Part shown: positions 44,910 to 55,846 of the stretch, one piece after another
Numbering within the stretch: the stretch's first letter is position 1
How the letters are laid out: each line of letters starts with the position of its first letter
Source: Prochlorococcus sp. HOT208_60m_813B04
Lineage (GTDB): Bacteria > Cyanobacteriota > Cyanobacteriia > PCC-6307 > Cyanobiaceae
Length of the DNA stretch: 64,000 nucleotides
Assembly (NCBI GenBank): GCA_002025975.1
Contig: MWOU01000110.1
Location: forward strand, 312-64,311
Direction of reading: 5' to 3'
Program-made: the position numbers and the translations under genes
Notes under the pieces: generated by a model
The model's input: the letters and a program-made list of their open reading frames with translations, nothing else
What the model was told of the DNA's origin: nothing
Databases searched by the model: none

Positions 44910-45059
44910 CTTTTAGATCCTCTTGAAATTGATTACTAAGGTTTAATAACCTTAAGTAATAGATTCATTTTTTAAATGAATAAACTACCTATACTTAAAT
45001 AACGTTAGTTGAACTTTACTGCAAGTTTAAAGATAAGATTTTTATAAAATAATAACTAA

Positions 45060-45695
45060 TTAGGACCTACCTCCAAAAATCAATGATCCTAATCTTAACC
45101 AAGTTGATCCAGCGTCAATAGCTTCCTCCCAATCACCTGACATCCCCATTGAACAATCAGGCAATTGCAATGAATCAGCGAGAGCACGACATTTTTTGAA
45201 CAGCCCTGAATTTTCTTTAGAACTAAGTCCTTTAGGATTGATAGTCATCAAACCGGTTAATGAAATATTTTTCAACTCTTGAATTTCTTTCCATTTCAAA
45301 ATTAAAAATTCAGGATTAAATCCCCCTTTAGTTGGGTCATCACTCAACTTAACCTGCAACATTATTAATGGATTTTTATTCTCTTCAAGTGAAATATTAG
45401 AAATCCTTTGCAACTTTTCAAATGAATCTACTGAATGAATGTATTTAAAATTTTGAACTATTTTTCTTATTTTATTACTTTGTATTCTTCCAATAAAGTG
45501 CCAATTTATTTGTTTAAGATGTTTCAAGGTTAATTGTTTTTCAAAGGCCTCTTGAACCTTACTTTCACCAAAATCGTTCTGACCTATATTTTGAATAGTC
45601 TTGATTTCTTGACTTTTAAATCCTTTACTTACTGCAAGAATATTTACATTTGATGGTATTTTATTTTTTATTTTTAAATAATTTGCAGGGTTCAC
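45060..45695 (-). CDS. pipY: PLP homeostasis protein YggS/PipY
   Basis: LAVSK, FGES.VQE, WHFIGRIQSNK, GLMT, SMGMSGDW, RLGSLIFG. Confidence 0.9.
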   Translation of the reverse strand: MNPANYLKIKNKIPSNVNILAVSKGFKSQEIKTIQNIGQNDFGESKVQEAFEKQLTLKHLKQINWHFIGRIQSNKIRKIVQNFKYIHSVDSFEKLQRISNISLEENKNPLIMLQVKLSDDPTKGGFNPEFLILKWKEIQELKNISLTGLMTINPKGLSSKENSGLFKKCRALADSLQLPDCSMGMSGDWEEAIDAGSTWLRLGSLIFGGRS

Positions 45696-45698
45696 CTT

Positions 45699-45965
45699 TT
45701 ATAAGAAAGTTTGCGTAAATAAATTCTCCCATTTAGATAGTTCTTCAGATCCTTTTCTTCTAGTTTTTTGGAGGTTTAATTCGGCCTGATTACGGGCATC
45801 TAAATAAGGTATAACTTCAAAAAAAACTTCTCTTTGACGAACTTCTACCAAGAAAAACATTTTTTGAGCGTATAAAGTCGCATAAATATCTCTCCCATCA
45901 TTTCCAGGAGAAACTTGGTATAACATGCCAAATGTTGGATGGTTTAAATAACGCTCAGAACTCAA
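45699..45965 (-). CDS. pipX: PII-interacting protein X
   Basis: ERYLNHPTFGMLY...ATLYAQKMFFLV. Confidence 0.93.
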   Translation of the reverse strand: MSSERYLNHPTFGMLYQVSPGNDGRDIYATLYAQKMFFLVEVRQREVFFEVIPYLDARNQAELNLQKTRRKGSEELSKWENLFTQTFL

Positions 45966-45984
45966 ACCTAAAATATTGTGTTAT

Positions 45985-46899
45985 TTATAATGCACCATAC
46001 AGTTTTCTAAGAAAAATTGCTATGCAAATAAAACAAATCGATAATGTATTAACAATTACATTGAGAGATTTTGAAGGATAAAGAGTTCTAAATCTATTGG
46101 TTTTCATAATAATTTTTTTCTTTGAGAGTAATGATTCTGCTCCATGATCAATTCTCAGAAATATATTTTGAAATAACCTTTCCACTAAGATTAATAAAAC
46201 ATTAAAGGATTTCTTTAATCCTAAATTTCGAAAATTTATTGATCTAACTGACACTGATTTAATGATATTTTGCAGTTCTTCCTGCACAAGAGGAATAAAA
46301 CGTAATGCAATTAACAACTGAAAAAGCCACTTACTAGTTGGCAATCCAATCTTTCTTAATGGATACATAAACCAACTTAATCCCCATACAATGTCTTCCT
46401 GCAATGTAGTTAAAAGCATCAAATTCACACTATGAATAACGGTAAATATCAAAGTGGAGGTTTTTATTCCCAGTTCAAAAGCTTTTCTTGATAAGTTGTA
46501 GGGACCAAAATTAATAAACCATAACTTCTGCGAAGGAATTCGCAAAATATTCCATTCTTTTTGGCTTTCCAGTACTACTTGCAACTCATTGGGAATTCTT
46601 AAGTAGCCATCAAGAGATTGAATATCAGACGAGGCAAGTATTGATATAAATCCAATTAATAGTGACAAACATGAGAGAAAAAATAAAGATCGCCACCATA
46701 CTCTAGATGGCAATAAACTTAAAAAAGTAATTAATAGTAAAAAACCTACTAAACTCAATCTCCATATTGGACCTGACCAAATTGGAGTGATTAAAAATAT
46801 CATTACGATAATTATTTTTAATCTACTATCTATAATTCTTAGCCAACTTCTATTTCCATGAACGTATTGACCAACAGAAAATTTGGTTAGCAAATTCAT
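45985..46899 (-). CDS. ECF transporter T component (CbiQ-like)
   Basis: GQYV..S...DSRLK, LLTT..EDI, ALRFIPLVQEE. Confidence 0.85.
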   Translation of the reverse strand: MNLLTKFSVGQYVHGNRSWLRIIDSRLKIIIVMIFLITPIWSGPIWRLSLVGFLLLITFLSLLPSRVWWRSLFFLSCLSLLIGFISILASSDIQSLDGYLRIPNELQVVLESQKEWNILRIPSQKLWFINFGPYNLSRKAFELGIKTSTLIFTVIHSVNLMLLTTLQEDIVWGLSWFMYPLRKIGLPTSKWLFQLLIALRFIPLVQEELQNIIKSVSVRSINFRNLGLKKSFNVLLILVERLFQNIFLRIDHGAESLLSKKKIIMKTNRFRTLYPSKSLNVIVNTLSICFICIAIFLRKLYGAL

Positions 46900-48272
46900 T
46901 AATCTTTTTGAATTAACTCAATATTTTCTCGTTCGACTTCTTTATTTAAAGCCCTTTGCTGTTTCCCTCTCCAAAGTAAAATGAGGGGTGTGCCTTCAAA
47001 GCCTAAATTCACTCTAATTTGTTTCTCAATATATCTTCTATAAGTTATTCCGAATAATTTAGGGTCATTTACAAAAAGAGTAAAAGTGGGAGGTTTGTTC
47101 TTTACTTGAGTACCGTAATAAAGCCTACCTTGCTTGCCGCTTCTCTTCGTTGGAGGACTTTTCCAACTGATTGATTCTTTAAGTACTTCATTAACTACAG
47201 ATGTTGTAACTCTTCTTCTATGTTGATTTACAGCATTAAGAGCATGCTCAAAAATATTATCAACTCTTTTACCAGTTAGGGCAGATGTAAAAATCATTTT
47301 TGACCAGTGTAAAAAATAAAGTTTAGATCTAAGTTCTTTTTCTGCTTGATAAATTGTTGAACTATTTTTTTCTACAAGATCCCATTTATTAACAACAATT
47401 ATGCAAGCTCTGCCTTGTTCTTCTATGCGCCCAGCCAGCTTCTGGTCTTGATCAGTTACTCCGTCAACCGCATCTATAACTAACACACAAATATCACTTC
47501 TATCTATAGATTTAAAAGCCCTATTAATACCAAAGAATTCAGTGCCATATTTAACATTTTTCTTTCTTCTAATCCCTGCAGTATCAATAATTTTCCAATG
47601 ATTATCACCTTTTTTAATAAGCGTATCTATTGAATCAGTTGTCGTACCACTAATATCACTAACTATTGCTCTTTTTTCTCCACAGATTGAATTTAACAAA
47701 CTAGATTTACCAACATTAGGCCTACCAATAATTGACATCATTATCTTTTCTTCATCATCCTTGATATTATTTTCAGGAAGTTCGCCAATAACGAGATCTA
47801 AAAGATCTCCAGTACCTGAGCCATGTATAGCCGAAACAGGGTTAGGTTCCCCCAATCCTAATTTCCAGAACTCTGAAGCTAGGGATATTCCTAGAGTAGT
47901 CGATTCGCATTTGTTAACAGCAACAATTGTTTTACAGCTTGAGTTTCTTAACCATTTTGCTATTGATAAATCACCATCAGTAACGCCTTGATTTCCATCT
48001 ACCACCAGTAACGCTAGTACAGCCTCTTCTAGAGCCAAAAAAACTTGTGTCCTTATCTCTGGGAGAAATTCACTATCATCATCAAAAACTAAACCTCCAG
48101 TATCAACTATTTGAAATTCTTTACCTCCCCATGAAGTATTTTGATAAGTTCTATCTCTTGTAACACCGGGTTTATCAAATACTATTGCATCGTTACTTTG
48201 GCAAAGACGATTTACTAAGGTAGATTTCCCAACGTTAGGTCTTCCGATAATTGCTATTGTAGGAAGAATCAA
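46899..48272 (-). CDS. der: Ribosome biogenesis GTPase Der/EngA
   Basis: Two GRPNVGKS P-loops, DTGG/DTAG, NKCE/NKWD. Confidence 0.97.
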   Translation of the reverse strand: MILPTIAIIGRPNVGKSTLVNRLCQSNDAIVFDKPGVTRDRTYQNTSWGGKEFQIVDTGGLVFDDDSEFLPEIRTQVFLALEEAVLALLVVDGNQGVTDGDLSIAKWLRNSSCKTIVAVNKCESTTLGISLASEFWKLGLGEPNPVSAIHGSGTGDLLDLVIGELPENNIKDDEEKIMMSIIGRPNVGKSSLLNSICGEKRAIVSDISGTTTDSIDTLIKKGDNHWKIIDTAGIRRKKNVKYGTEFFGINRAFKSIDRSDICVLVIDAVDGVTDQDQKLAGRIEEQGRACIIVVNKWDLVEKNSSTIYQAEKELRSKLYFLHWSKMIFTSALTGKRVDNIFEHALNAVNQHRRRVTTSVVNEVLKESISWKSPPTKRSGKQGRLYYGTQVKNKPPTFTLFVNDPKLFGITYRRYIEKQIRVNLGFEGTPLILLWRGKQQRALNKEVERENIELIQKD

Positions 48273-48346
48273 TTCTTCTCTCCAAAGAAAGTAGTATCCA
48301 TTACAACTATACCTTTAATAGATACATTTACCTTATTCAAAAAAAC

Positions 48347-48832
48347 TTATTTAATTTCTGGATCGCCAAAATGTCCTTTAACTGGATTATCCGGTGGTGA
48401 ACTAGGACTTGGCATTAATCCATTATTTTCTGAAAAACAATCATTTTCAATCGCCCAATAAATTAACCAATTTACTGCTGTCGCTCTTCTAGTTCTTCTT
48501 GGATAGAGTTCATTGATCTTATAACCTTTAAAATTAAGAAAATTTTTCAATCCCTGTTTATAGTCTTTTGGAATTGATCGAGTCAAATGTACTGAGGCTG
48601 GTCGCTCTGAAATGATTTGAGGAGCTTTTTCAAATTTTTCTGACCAATAAGAAGGAGTTAAAGCGCTAAAGGCCCAATCATTTATAGATAGTTCTTTAGT
48701 ATAAAAAAGTCTTTCCCAAACTAATTCACAAACAAATACATCACTAACCTTATCTTCAAGAATAAGAACTAATAGTTTTTTACTAATTGGCCATGTAAAT
48801 TGATTTTCAACTAATTTTTCTTTTTTATACAT
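48347..48832 (-). CDS. DUF1823 family protein
   Basis: RPASVHLTRSIPK..KQ.LK..L.FKGYKI.EL.PRRTRRATAVNWL. Confidence 0.8.
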   Translation of the reverse strand: MYKKEKLVENQFTWPISKKLLVLILEDKVSDVFVCELVWERLFYTKELSINDWAFSALTPSYWSEKFEKAPQIISERPASVHLTRSIPKDYKQGLKNFLNFKGYKINELYPRRTRRATAVNWLIYWAIENDCFSENNGLMPSPSSPPDNPVKGHFGDPEIK

Positions 48833-49590
48833 TAATCGAACCTTATCAAAATTAAAGAAAAATAAGGCATAAATTCCTTTTTATATTGAGATGCATATTG
48901 AATAATTTGGTCAGGCATCCCCACACTTAAAGCTATTAACGTTGTATTGATGATATCCTCTTTTTTCAAGATTTCCCTGACTAAATTCCATCTTTTGCCA
49001 ACTTTCATAATGGCCAATACCGTTCTTCTATTTGCCTTACTTTCTCTAATTAGGGTTGTTAATTCAGATTCTGAAGAGGAGCATTCTTTGATGATCAATG
49101 TCTCGCCTTTTTTTACCAAATCAAACTCATTCAAAGCTGCTGCTGCTGAAATAGAGGAAATACCAGGTATGGTTTTGGTAATAATTTCAGCATGATTATT
49201 TTTAATTAACCTCAAGATATTAGAAGAACTTGCAAATAGTGAAGTATCTCCAAGACAAAGTAAAACAACTGATTCGCCATTTTGTATGAATTTCACAATT
49301 TTTTCTACAGCATTAGACCATATTTCATCTGGATCAAAATCCTTCCTAGCCATTGGAAAGATAATAGGGATATTTTTTTTAAATTTGGTGTATTTCTTGA
49401 CTATTTCCGCAGCAAAACTCTTTTTATTATCATCTGATATTGGGAAAACTATAATTTTCGCTTTTTTTATTGCATCCAAAGCAGCAATTGTTAATAGCGA
49501 TGGATCTCCAGGCCCTACACCAACGATGGTGAATGTTGGTAAATCAGTTTTATATGGATTAAGTAAACTTAAGAACTTTTTTATTATCAT
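48832..49590 (-). CDS. cobI: Precorrin-2 C20-methyltransferase
   Basis: VGVGPGDPSLLT, FPM, CLGD.SLF, IPGISS, MKVG, PYFSL. Confidence 0.88.
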   Translation of the reverse strand: MIIKKFLSLLNPYKTDLPTFTIVGVGPGDPSLLTIAALDAIKKAKIIVFPISDDNKKSFAAEIVKKYTKFKKNIPIIFPMARKDFDPDEIWSNAVEKIVKFIQNGESVVLLCLGDTSLFASSSNILRLIKNNHAEIITKTIPGISSISAAAALNEFDLVKKGETLIIKECSSSESELTTLIRESKANRRTVLAIMKVGKRWNLVREILKKEDIINTTLIALSVGMPDQIIQYASQYKKEFMPYFSLILIRFD

Positions 49591-49606
49591 TTTTAATTTA
49601 TTAACT

Positions 49607-50215
49607 TTAGCTATGTACCCTTGGCAATATAAAAGTTTCAGCTAGTATTGCTGACTCAATTTCAGACAATTCCTCTAACCTTTTGAAAGTTTGATTTTTA
49701 GAGAATTTAGTTTGTGCTAGTTTCCAGTAAACTCCAAAATGTCTTGCCTCACTCTCTAGCAGAGACTCATAAAGGGATTTAAACGATTTATCTTCAGAAT
49801 TCAGCGCAAGCAAGCTTAATCTTTCATGACTTCTTGCTTCAATAAGTCCTGCTATTAAGAAACTATCAAGCATTCTATTAGGCTCTTCTTTTCTTATATT
49901 CTTGGACAATTCAGCTCCATATGGAGGAGGTTTTAAGGACTCAAGAGAATGTCCAAGATCCTTTAAAAAATAAAGTATTTTTTCAAAATGCTCTAATTCC
50001 TCTCTCGCTATTGGACTTAAAACTTCTGCTAGATTTGGTTCTGATGGATATCTAAACATCAATTGAATAGCTACTCCTGCTGCTTTTCTTTCACAATGAG
50101 CATGGTCTATAAGAATATCTATTGGATTAGATAATGCGAGTTTTATCCACTCATCTGAAGTAAATGACGATAAATATTTTATATGAGAAGTGGGCCTTTC
50201 AAAATCGACTAGCAT
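49607..50215 (-). CDS. miaE: tRNA-(ms2io6A) hydroxylase
   Basis: DHAHCERKAA, EELEHF, IEARSHER, SEARHF. Confidence 0.9.
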   Translation of the reverse strand: MLVDFERPTSHIKYLSSFTSDEWIKLALSNPIDILIDHAHCERKAAGVAIQLMFRYPSEPNLAEVLSPIAREELEHFEKILYFLKDLGHSLESLKPPPYGAELSKNIRKEEPNRMLDSFLIAGLIEARSHERLSLLALNSEDKSFKSLYESLLESEARHFGVYWKLAQTKFSKNQTFKRLEELSEIESAILAETFILPRVHS

Positions 50216-50662
50216 TTAATCCTTACTACTTAAATATCCAATGATTCCTTCAAGAGCTAAGGAATAGCTTGAGATGCCGAATCCACTAATAATTCCTATA
50301 GCTTTATCTGTAAGAAAAGATTCTTTACGAAAATCTTCTCTACTGAAAATATTTGAAATATGTAACTCTACAAATGGAATTTTTGATCCAATTAAAGCAT
50401 CACGAATAGAAATCGAGGTATGAGTAAAAGCGCCAGCATTTATAAGAATACCTTGGATACTTTTTACAGAATCCTGAATCTTATCTACTATTTCTCCTTC
50501 GTGATTACTTTGAAAACATTCAAGATTAATACTTTTTTCTTTAGCATTTTTTGTTAGATCTTTTTCTATATCACTTAATGTTTTATTACCATATATTTCA
50601 GGTTCTCTAGTTCCCAATAAATTTAAATTTGGGCCATTTATCAATAAAATATTCATTTGCAA
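50216..50662 (-). CDS. aroQ: Type II 3-dehydroquinate dehydratase
   Basis: [38 protein letters not shown]. Confidence 0.96.
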   Translation of the reverse strand: MQMNILLINGPNLNLLGTREPEIYGNKTLSDIEKDLTKNAKEKSINLECFQSNHEGEIVDKIQDSVKSIQGILINAGAFTHTSISIRDALIGSKIPFVELHISNIFSREDFRKESFLTDKAIGIISGFGISSYSLALEGIIGYLSSKD

Positions 50663-50757
50663 TAAAGTCTTTCCTATTAAATGCTATCTAGAAAGAAACA
50701 AAAAAACCAAAACATTTTCACACAAAGTGACCATTAACTGATAAGTTCAAATAGTGG

Positions 50758-50839
50758 GGGTCGGTGCCCGAGTGGTTAAAGGGGGCGGACTGTAAATCCG
50801 CTGGCTCTGCCTACGTTGGTTCAAATCCAACCCGGCCCA
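50758..50839 (+). tRNA. tRNA-Tyr(GTA)
   Basis: Acceptor GGGTCGG/CCGGCCC, anticodon arm GCGGA-CTGTAAA-TCCGC, long variable arm, TTCAAAT loop. Confidence 0.96.
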
Positions 50840-50849
50840 CTTTAAAATT

Positions 50850-50921
<72 letters not shown>

Positions 50922-50979
50922 CTCGCGGGATAGCTTGGTATCAGTGAGATTACCACTATCGCAGAAAGAAATTCATCAG

Positions 50980-51016
50980 AAGTGGACGTCCGTTTTCGGG
51001 TCCACTTTTCTGTTTT
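50980..51016 (+). terminator. Stem-loop downstream of tRNA-Thr
   Basis: AAGTGGAC-GT-CCG-TTTT-CGG-GTCCACTT followed by a T-rich tract. Confidence 0.55.
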
Positions 51017-51061
51017 TAAGGCAGATATCTGGAGGTGCATCACACAAACGATGACACCGAA

Positions 51062-51380
51062 ATGGCAACAATCAGAAGAAGCGGAAACGGCTGGCAGGTC
51101 CTCATAAGAAGGAAGAATTATGTAGGCCCAAGGTCTAAAACTTTTCTTTCCAGAGATCTGGCCCAATCATGGGCAGATGCAGTCGAAGAAAGAACAAAAA
51201 AGGTTTTAAATGACATCCCTGTCACCCTGGGGGAGGCAATAAATGAATATATAAATGGTCCTCTGCTTATGCACCGCAGTGCGGAGTTCGGGAATGAATG
51301 CCTTAGAGATAAGTGCATGCAGCGGCCACAGAGATATAAAAATGCTGATGCGCTACAGCCATTTTCAACTTTCCATATAA
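51062..51380 (+). pseudogene. Tyrosine integrase remnant with large internal deletion
   Basis: N-terminus MATIRRSGNGWQVLIRRK...SKTF...A..WA...TLGEAINEY; in another frame (51291-51380) GMNALEISACSGHRDIKMLMRYSH, the C-terminal catalytic His...Tyr box. Confidence 0.8.
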
Positions 51381-51553
51381 ATCAGCAGTCCATCATGGGG
51401 GGTAATGCGAGTGATAGAGCGTATAAAACCTGTAAAGAAATTTATTGAATAATTTAACGAATACCTTCCAAATAGATATCTAGATATGCAGTTATAAGTT
51501 GACTTTTTTTTATTTTTTGTATTTTCTATTAGTTAACAAATATTTTTTGTAAT

Positions 51554-52975
51554 TTGTTAAAAGAAGTTTCTCCAAATGCTAGTTCCCTCGTTATGAGTAT
51601 GAGAAGCATTGGCTATTCTTTTAATAATGCAATTGCAGACATAATAGATAATTCAATAACTGCAGAAGCTGATCTCATAAAAATACAATGTCTATGGAAT
51701 GGAGAGGTACCAACTATCGAGATAGAAGATAATGGCAAAGGAATGAGTGAGAATGAATTAATTGAGGCAATGAGACCCGGCAGTAAAAGTCCACTCTCAT
51801 CTAGGTCTAATGACGACTTAGGTAGATTTGGCCTAGGCCTTAAAACCGCATCTTTTTCTCAATGTAAAAAGTTAATTGTAAAAACATTTCAAGACAAATT
51901 AATTAATGAAGCATCTTGGGATCTAGATATCGTACAAGAACAAAATAAATGGTTTTTAGATCTTGAGAATTCCAAGGAAAATACAACAAATTTAAAAACT
52001 GGAACTATTATTAGATGGGAAAAAATTGACACCTTAAGTAATAAAAATAAAGAAGATGCTGAGGAAACATTTAATTCAATGGTCAGCAATTTGGGTAAAC
52101 ATATAGGTATAACTTTTCATAGATATATAAACGGAGATAAAAGAAAAATTAACTTTATTGTTAATGGAATAAAATGCGAAGCTTTTGACCCATTTTTCAA
52201 AGAAAAATCTACCCCCCTTCCAATTGAACTCATAAAAAATCAATTAATTTCATGTGAAATTAGAGGTTTCACTTTACCGAATAAAAATAAATGTACTGAG
52301 AAAGAATGGGATTATTTTGCAGGAGAAGAAGGATACCTTGCTAATCAAGGTTTTTATTTATATAGAAACGGAAGATTAATTTCTAATCCGACTTGGTTTG
52401 GACTAGAAAGAAAATCACCAAAAAGAAAGCTCTGTAGAGTACGCATAGACATAAACAATAAAAGTGATCTTCTTTGGCAATTAGATGTTAAAAAAAGTTC
52501 AGCTGTTCCACCACCTGTTGTAAAGAGAAGATTAAAGAAAATTCTCAGATCTCTTTTATCTCCAGCAGAAAGAAATTTTAATAATCAAGCACGTCGACTT
52601 AGTAATAGGGAATTAAATCCAATTTGGGAGAGAGCAATAAAAGATAGAGGTATAACTTATCAAATCAATCGCAATCATCCATTGATTAAAGATTGTCTTG
52701 AAAAGTTAGATGAATCGTTATATGAAAATTTTCAAAAAATATTTTTTTTAATTGATAATGGTTTACCTAGCGAGGGAATTTATGCAGATTATTCTGATGA
52801 TAAAAACATAAATGAAATTGAAAAATCAGATTTGGATTATTTAATAAAACTTTCTTCAGAAATGATAAACTTGCTCTCGCAAAAAGAAGACTTTGATCGA
52901 GAAAGGGCTAAAATGTCACTCAGAACAGACGAGCCATTTAAAAAATATTGGGAATTTATTGAGGAAAAAATATGA
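51554..52975 (+). CDS. MORC/MutL-type GHKL ATPase (MzaB-like)
   Basis: SMRSIGYS...AIADIIDNSITA, DNGKGM, DLGRFGLGLKTASFSQ, QGFYLYRNGRLI, LDVKKS. Confidence 0.88.
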   Translation: MLKEVSPNASSLVMSMRSIGYSFNNAIADIIDNSITAEADLIKIQCLWNGEVPTIEIEDNGKGMSENELIEAMRPGSKSPLSSRSNDDLGRFGLGLKTASFSQCKKLIVKTFQDKLINEASWDLDIVQEQNKWFLDLENSKENTTNLKTGTIIRWEKIDTLSNKNKEDAEETFNSMVSNLGKHIGITFHRYINGDKRKINFIVNGIKCEAFDPFFKEKSTPLPIELIKNQLISCEIRGFTLPNKNKCTEKEWDYFAGEEGYLANQGFYLYRNGRLISNPTWFGLERKSPKRKLCRVRIDINNKSDLLWQLDVKKSSAVPPPVVKRRLKKILRSLLSPAERNFNNQARRLSNRELNPIWERAIKDRGITYQINRNHPLIKDCLEKLDESLYENFQKIFFLIDNGLPSEGIYADYSDDKNINEIEKSDLDYLIKLSSEMINLLSQKEDFDRERAKMSLRTDEPFKKYWEFIEEKI

Positions 52976-55839
52976 GAGATATAACAAGAGATTTTTACAA
53001 GATGGCATTAAAAAACGTTTTACTAATGAAAGATGCCAGAGAAAAAGATATAGAAAGAGCAGTTCGAGAAATCGCGAAGATGATAGTTTTTGCGGAAAGT
53101 ATTACAGAAGATATAATTTTGCAAACTATTCAAGAAATTGAGGAGAGTGAAGGAATTAGGATGCCTTCTGCTTCTATGGTTTCAGGCAAGGAAAAATTTA
53201 ACGAATGGTTAACTACTGAAAGAATTGAAGAATGTAAAAGGAATGCAACCTTAAATTATTCAGAAGATTATGAGGATTATTTAGCTGAAATTGAGAAGTT
53301 TCCTTCTGAAGTTATTTCAAAAATAGATGATGCAACTAAAAGAATTCTCGAGAGATGCGGTGATCCTCAAAATAAATCAATTTGGGAAAGAAGAGGGATG
53401 GTTGTTGGTTCAGTTCAAAGTGGAAAAACTGCAAATTATGTAAGTCTCATTAATAAAGCAGCTGATTTTGGATACAAAATAATTATTGTAATTACAGGCA
53501 TTCATGAAAATTTAAGAAGACAAACTCAGACAAGAATTAATAAAGGTTTTATTGGTTTTGAGATAGATACAAAGTCTTGGAAAGGTGAAAAAATAGGAGT
53601 TGGGGAAGATGATAGGACTACATTTCCTCATGCATTTACATCAAAGTTTGATGACTTTGCTATTAAAACTGCGAGAACATCTCCTTATAAAATTGATAGC
53701 CAATGTGAAAGACCTCTAATATTTACAATCAAAAAAAATCCAAACGTTTTAGAAAATCTAATAAAGTATTTCGAGTCTTCTCCAGCAAAAGATTTAACAA
53801 ATAAAATAAATCATCCTATGCTTTTAATTGATGATGAAGCTGATAACGCATCAATAAATACTGCTTATAAAAGAGGAGCAATAACAAAAATTAATAGTCA
53901 AATCAGAAAGATTTTGAATCTCTTTTCCCAAGCAAGTTATGTTGGTTATACTGCCACACCTTTTGCAAACATTTTTATAGACCCAGATTCTCAAAAATTA
54001 ATTTATTCATATAAACAAAAGAAAGAAAATAAAGAATATGAAATAAAAACAGAGGAATTAAATTCAAGAGATTTATTCCCCAGAGATTTCATAGTGGGTC
54101 TTGAACCTCCTGAAAATTATTTTGGTCCAAAAGCATTATTTGGAGATGAGGGAAAATTTGAAGATGCTGTTATTGAAATTTTTGATAATGAAGACTATAT
54201 AACTTTAGATCCTAAAATTCATAACAAATATTTTGAACCAGATGTACCTCCAAGTTTGAAAGAGGCAATCATTTGTTTTTTCATATCAGATGCAATAAAA
54301 AATATAAGAGGTTTATTTAAGAAAAAAGATAGCAGCATGATGATAAACGTCAGTAGGTTTACTGATGTACAAAATAAATTGAAGCACAAAGTTAAAGATA
54401 TAGTTAAATCAATTAAAGAAAAAATTGTAACTTATTCAGGATTAGATAGTTCTCTTCGAAAAGAGGGATTAAAAGAAATTGAAGAAATTTTCAAGAATAA
54501 TTATGGAGAATTAAATCTAGATTGGGAAGAAGTAAACAGTTCACTACTTGAAACTTACTCCCGAATAGAGTTGATGGAAATTAATCAGAGATCTACTGAT
54601 GTCTTAAAATATAATGATGACGATAATGAACAAGATCCTGTTTCATATATTGTTATTGGAGGATTTTCTCTATCGAGAGGGATCACATTAAAAGGATTAA
54701 CTATTTCTTATATTTTAAGAAATTCACTAATGTACGATACTCTTCTTCAAATGGGGAGATGGTTTGGATATAGACCAGGTTATGAGGATATATGCAGAAT
54801 CTGGATGACTCAAAACATGAAAGATGATTTTGAACATATTACTGATTCAGTTTTAGAACTGATGAAAGATCTTAAATCATTAGAAAAATCAAAAAGTACA
54901 CCATTTGATTTTGGACTAAGAGTTCTTAGTCATCCTGACTCATTGATGATTACGGCAAGAAATAAAGAAGGTAAGAGTAAAATAATTAAAACAACTTTCG
55001 ATTTTAGTGGAAGATTAATTGAAACTTTTAGTGTCCCAAAAAATCAAAAAATATTACTTAGTAATTACAAGTTGTCAGAAAAACTAATTGAAAAATGTTT
55101 CACTTTAAAGTCAAATGAAGATTTGGATGTAATTAAAAATTCATATAATGGTTACTTTTTCGAAAATATAAATGCTGATAATGTAATAAACTTTCTTACT
55201 AATTTTGTTGCTGCTTCTTATTCGAATCAACTTAAGATTATTGATCCAATAATTAAATATATTCTCAGAAGACAAGATAATAATGAGCTATCCAATTGGG
55301 ATATTTATATTCCCTCTCCAAAAGAGAAAATAGAAACAAGAGGCAAGGGTAAATTTAAAATCGAAAGAAGAGAATTTCAGATATCTAACCAAAAGTTTTT
55401 AGCAAGTCATAGGGCCAAAAGAGATGATGATGATTTTTCTTACAAACTTACTTTAAAAAGTAAAGTAGCTGATAAAACTATTGCAAAAGTAGGACTTTCT
55501 AAAGAGAGGATTTCAGAATTAGAAATTGAATCTGGTGAAAAGGCAAATCAAAAACCTAAAATTCTTAATTGCTTTGGAAGAAAACCATTATTAGTAATTC
55601 ATCTTTTTGATTTAATAAAAGATAAGCATGATGGTAAAGAAATTCAGCCAGAACTTTTTGAAACTAATATTCCTGAAAACGTTTCTATTGCGGCGTGGTC
55701 AATTGTTTTTCCTGGAAGTAATATTGAAGAAGAAGAAGAAGAATATAGGGTAAATGAAATCTACTCAAGACAATTTGATATGGATGAAAAAGAACTCTCT
55801 GAGACAGAAGAAAATGATGATTCAGATTTAAATACCTAA
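52972..55839 (+). CDS. Z1-domain SF2 helicase-like ATPase (MzaC-like)
   Basis: GSVQSGKT, IDDEADNAS, YVGYTATPFAN, SMMINVSRF, LSRGITLKGL, YDTLLQMGRWFGYR. Confidence 0.9.
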   Translation: MRDITRDFYKMALKNVLLMKDAREKDIERAVREIAKMIVFAESITEDIILQTIQEIEESEGIRMPSASMVSGKEKFNEWLTTERIEECKRNATLNYSEDYEDYLAEIEKFPSEVISKIDDATKRILERCGDPQNKSIWERRGMVVGSVQSGKTANYVSLINKAADFGYKIIIVITGIHENLRRQTQTRINKGFIGFEIDTKSWKGEKIGVGEDDRTTFPHAFTSKFDDFAIKTARTSPYKIDSQCERPLIFTIKKNPNVLENLIKYFESSPAKDLTNKINHPMLLIDDEADNASINTAYKRGAITKINSQIRKILNLFSQASYVGYTATPFANIFIDPDSQKLIYSYKQKKENKEYEIKTEELNSRDLFPRDFIVGLEPPENYFGPKALFGDEGKFEDAVIEIFDNEDYITLDPKIHNKYFEPDVPPSLKEAIICFFISDAIKNIRGLFKKKDSSMMINVSRFTDVQNKLKHKVKDIVKSIKEKIVTYSGLDSSLRKEGLKEIEEIFKNNYGELNLDWEEVNSSLLETYSRIELMEINQRSTDVLKYNDDDNEQDPVSYIVIGGFSLSRGITLKGLTISYILRNSLMYDTLLQMGRWFGYRPGYEDICRIWMTQNMKDDFEHITDSVLELMKDLKSLEKSKSTPFDFGLRVLSHPDSLMITARNKEGKSKIIKTTFDFSGRLIETFSVPKNQKILLSNYKLSEKLIEKCFTLKSNEDLDVIKNSYNGYFFENINADNVINFLTNFVAASYSNQLKIIDPIIKYILRRQDNNELSNWDIYIPSPKEKIETRGKGKFKIERREFQISNQKFLASHRAKRDDDDFSYKLTLKSKVADKTIAKVGLSKERISELEIESGEKANQKPKILNCFGRKPLLVIHLFDLIKDKHDGKEIQPELFETNIPENVSIAAWSIVFPGSNIEEEEEEYRVNEIYSRQFDMDEKELSETEENDDSDLNT

Positions 55840-55846
55840 TAAAATT

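Noticed and set aside
43514-48272. der-ecfT-pipX-pipY-sepF-proC cluster as a novel system
   Set aside because: Known conserved cyanobacterial synteny.
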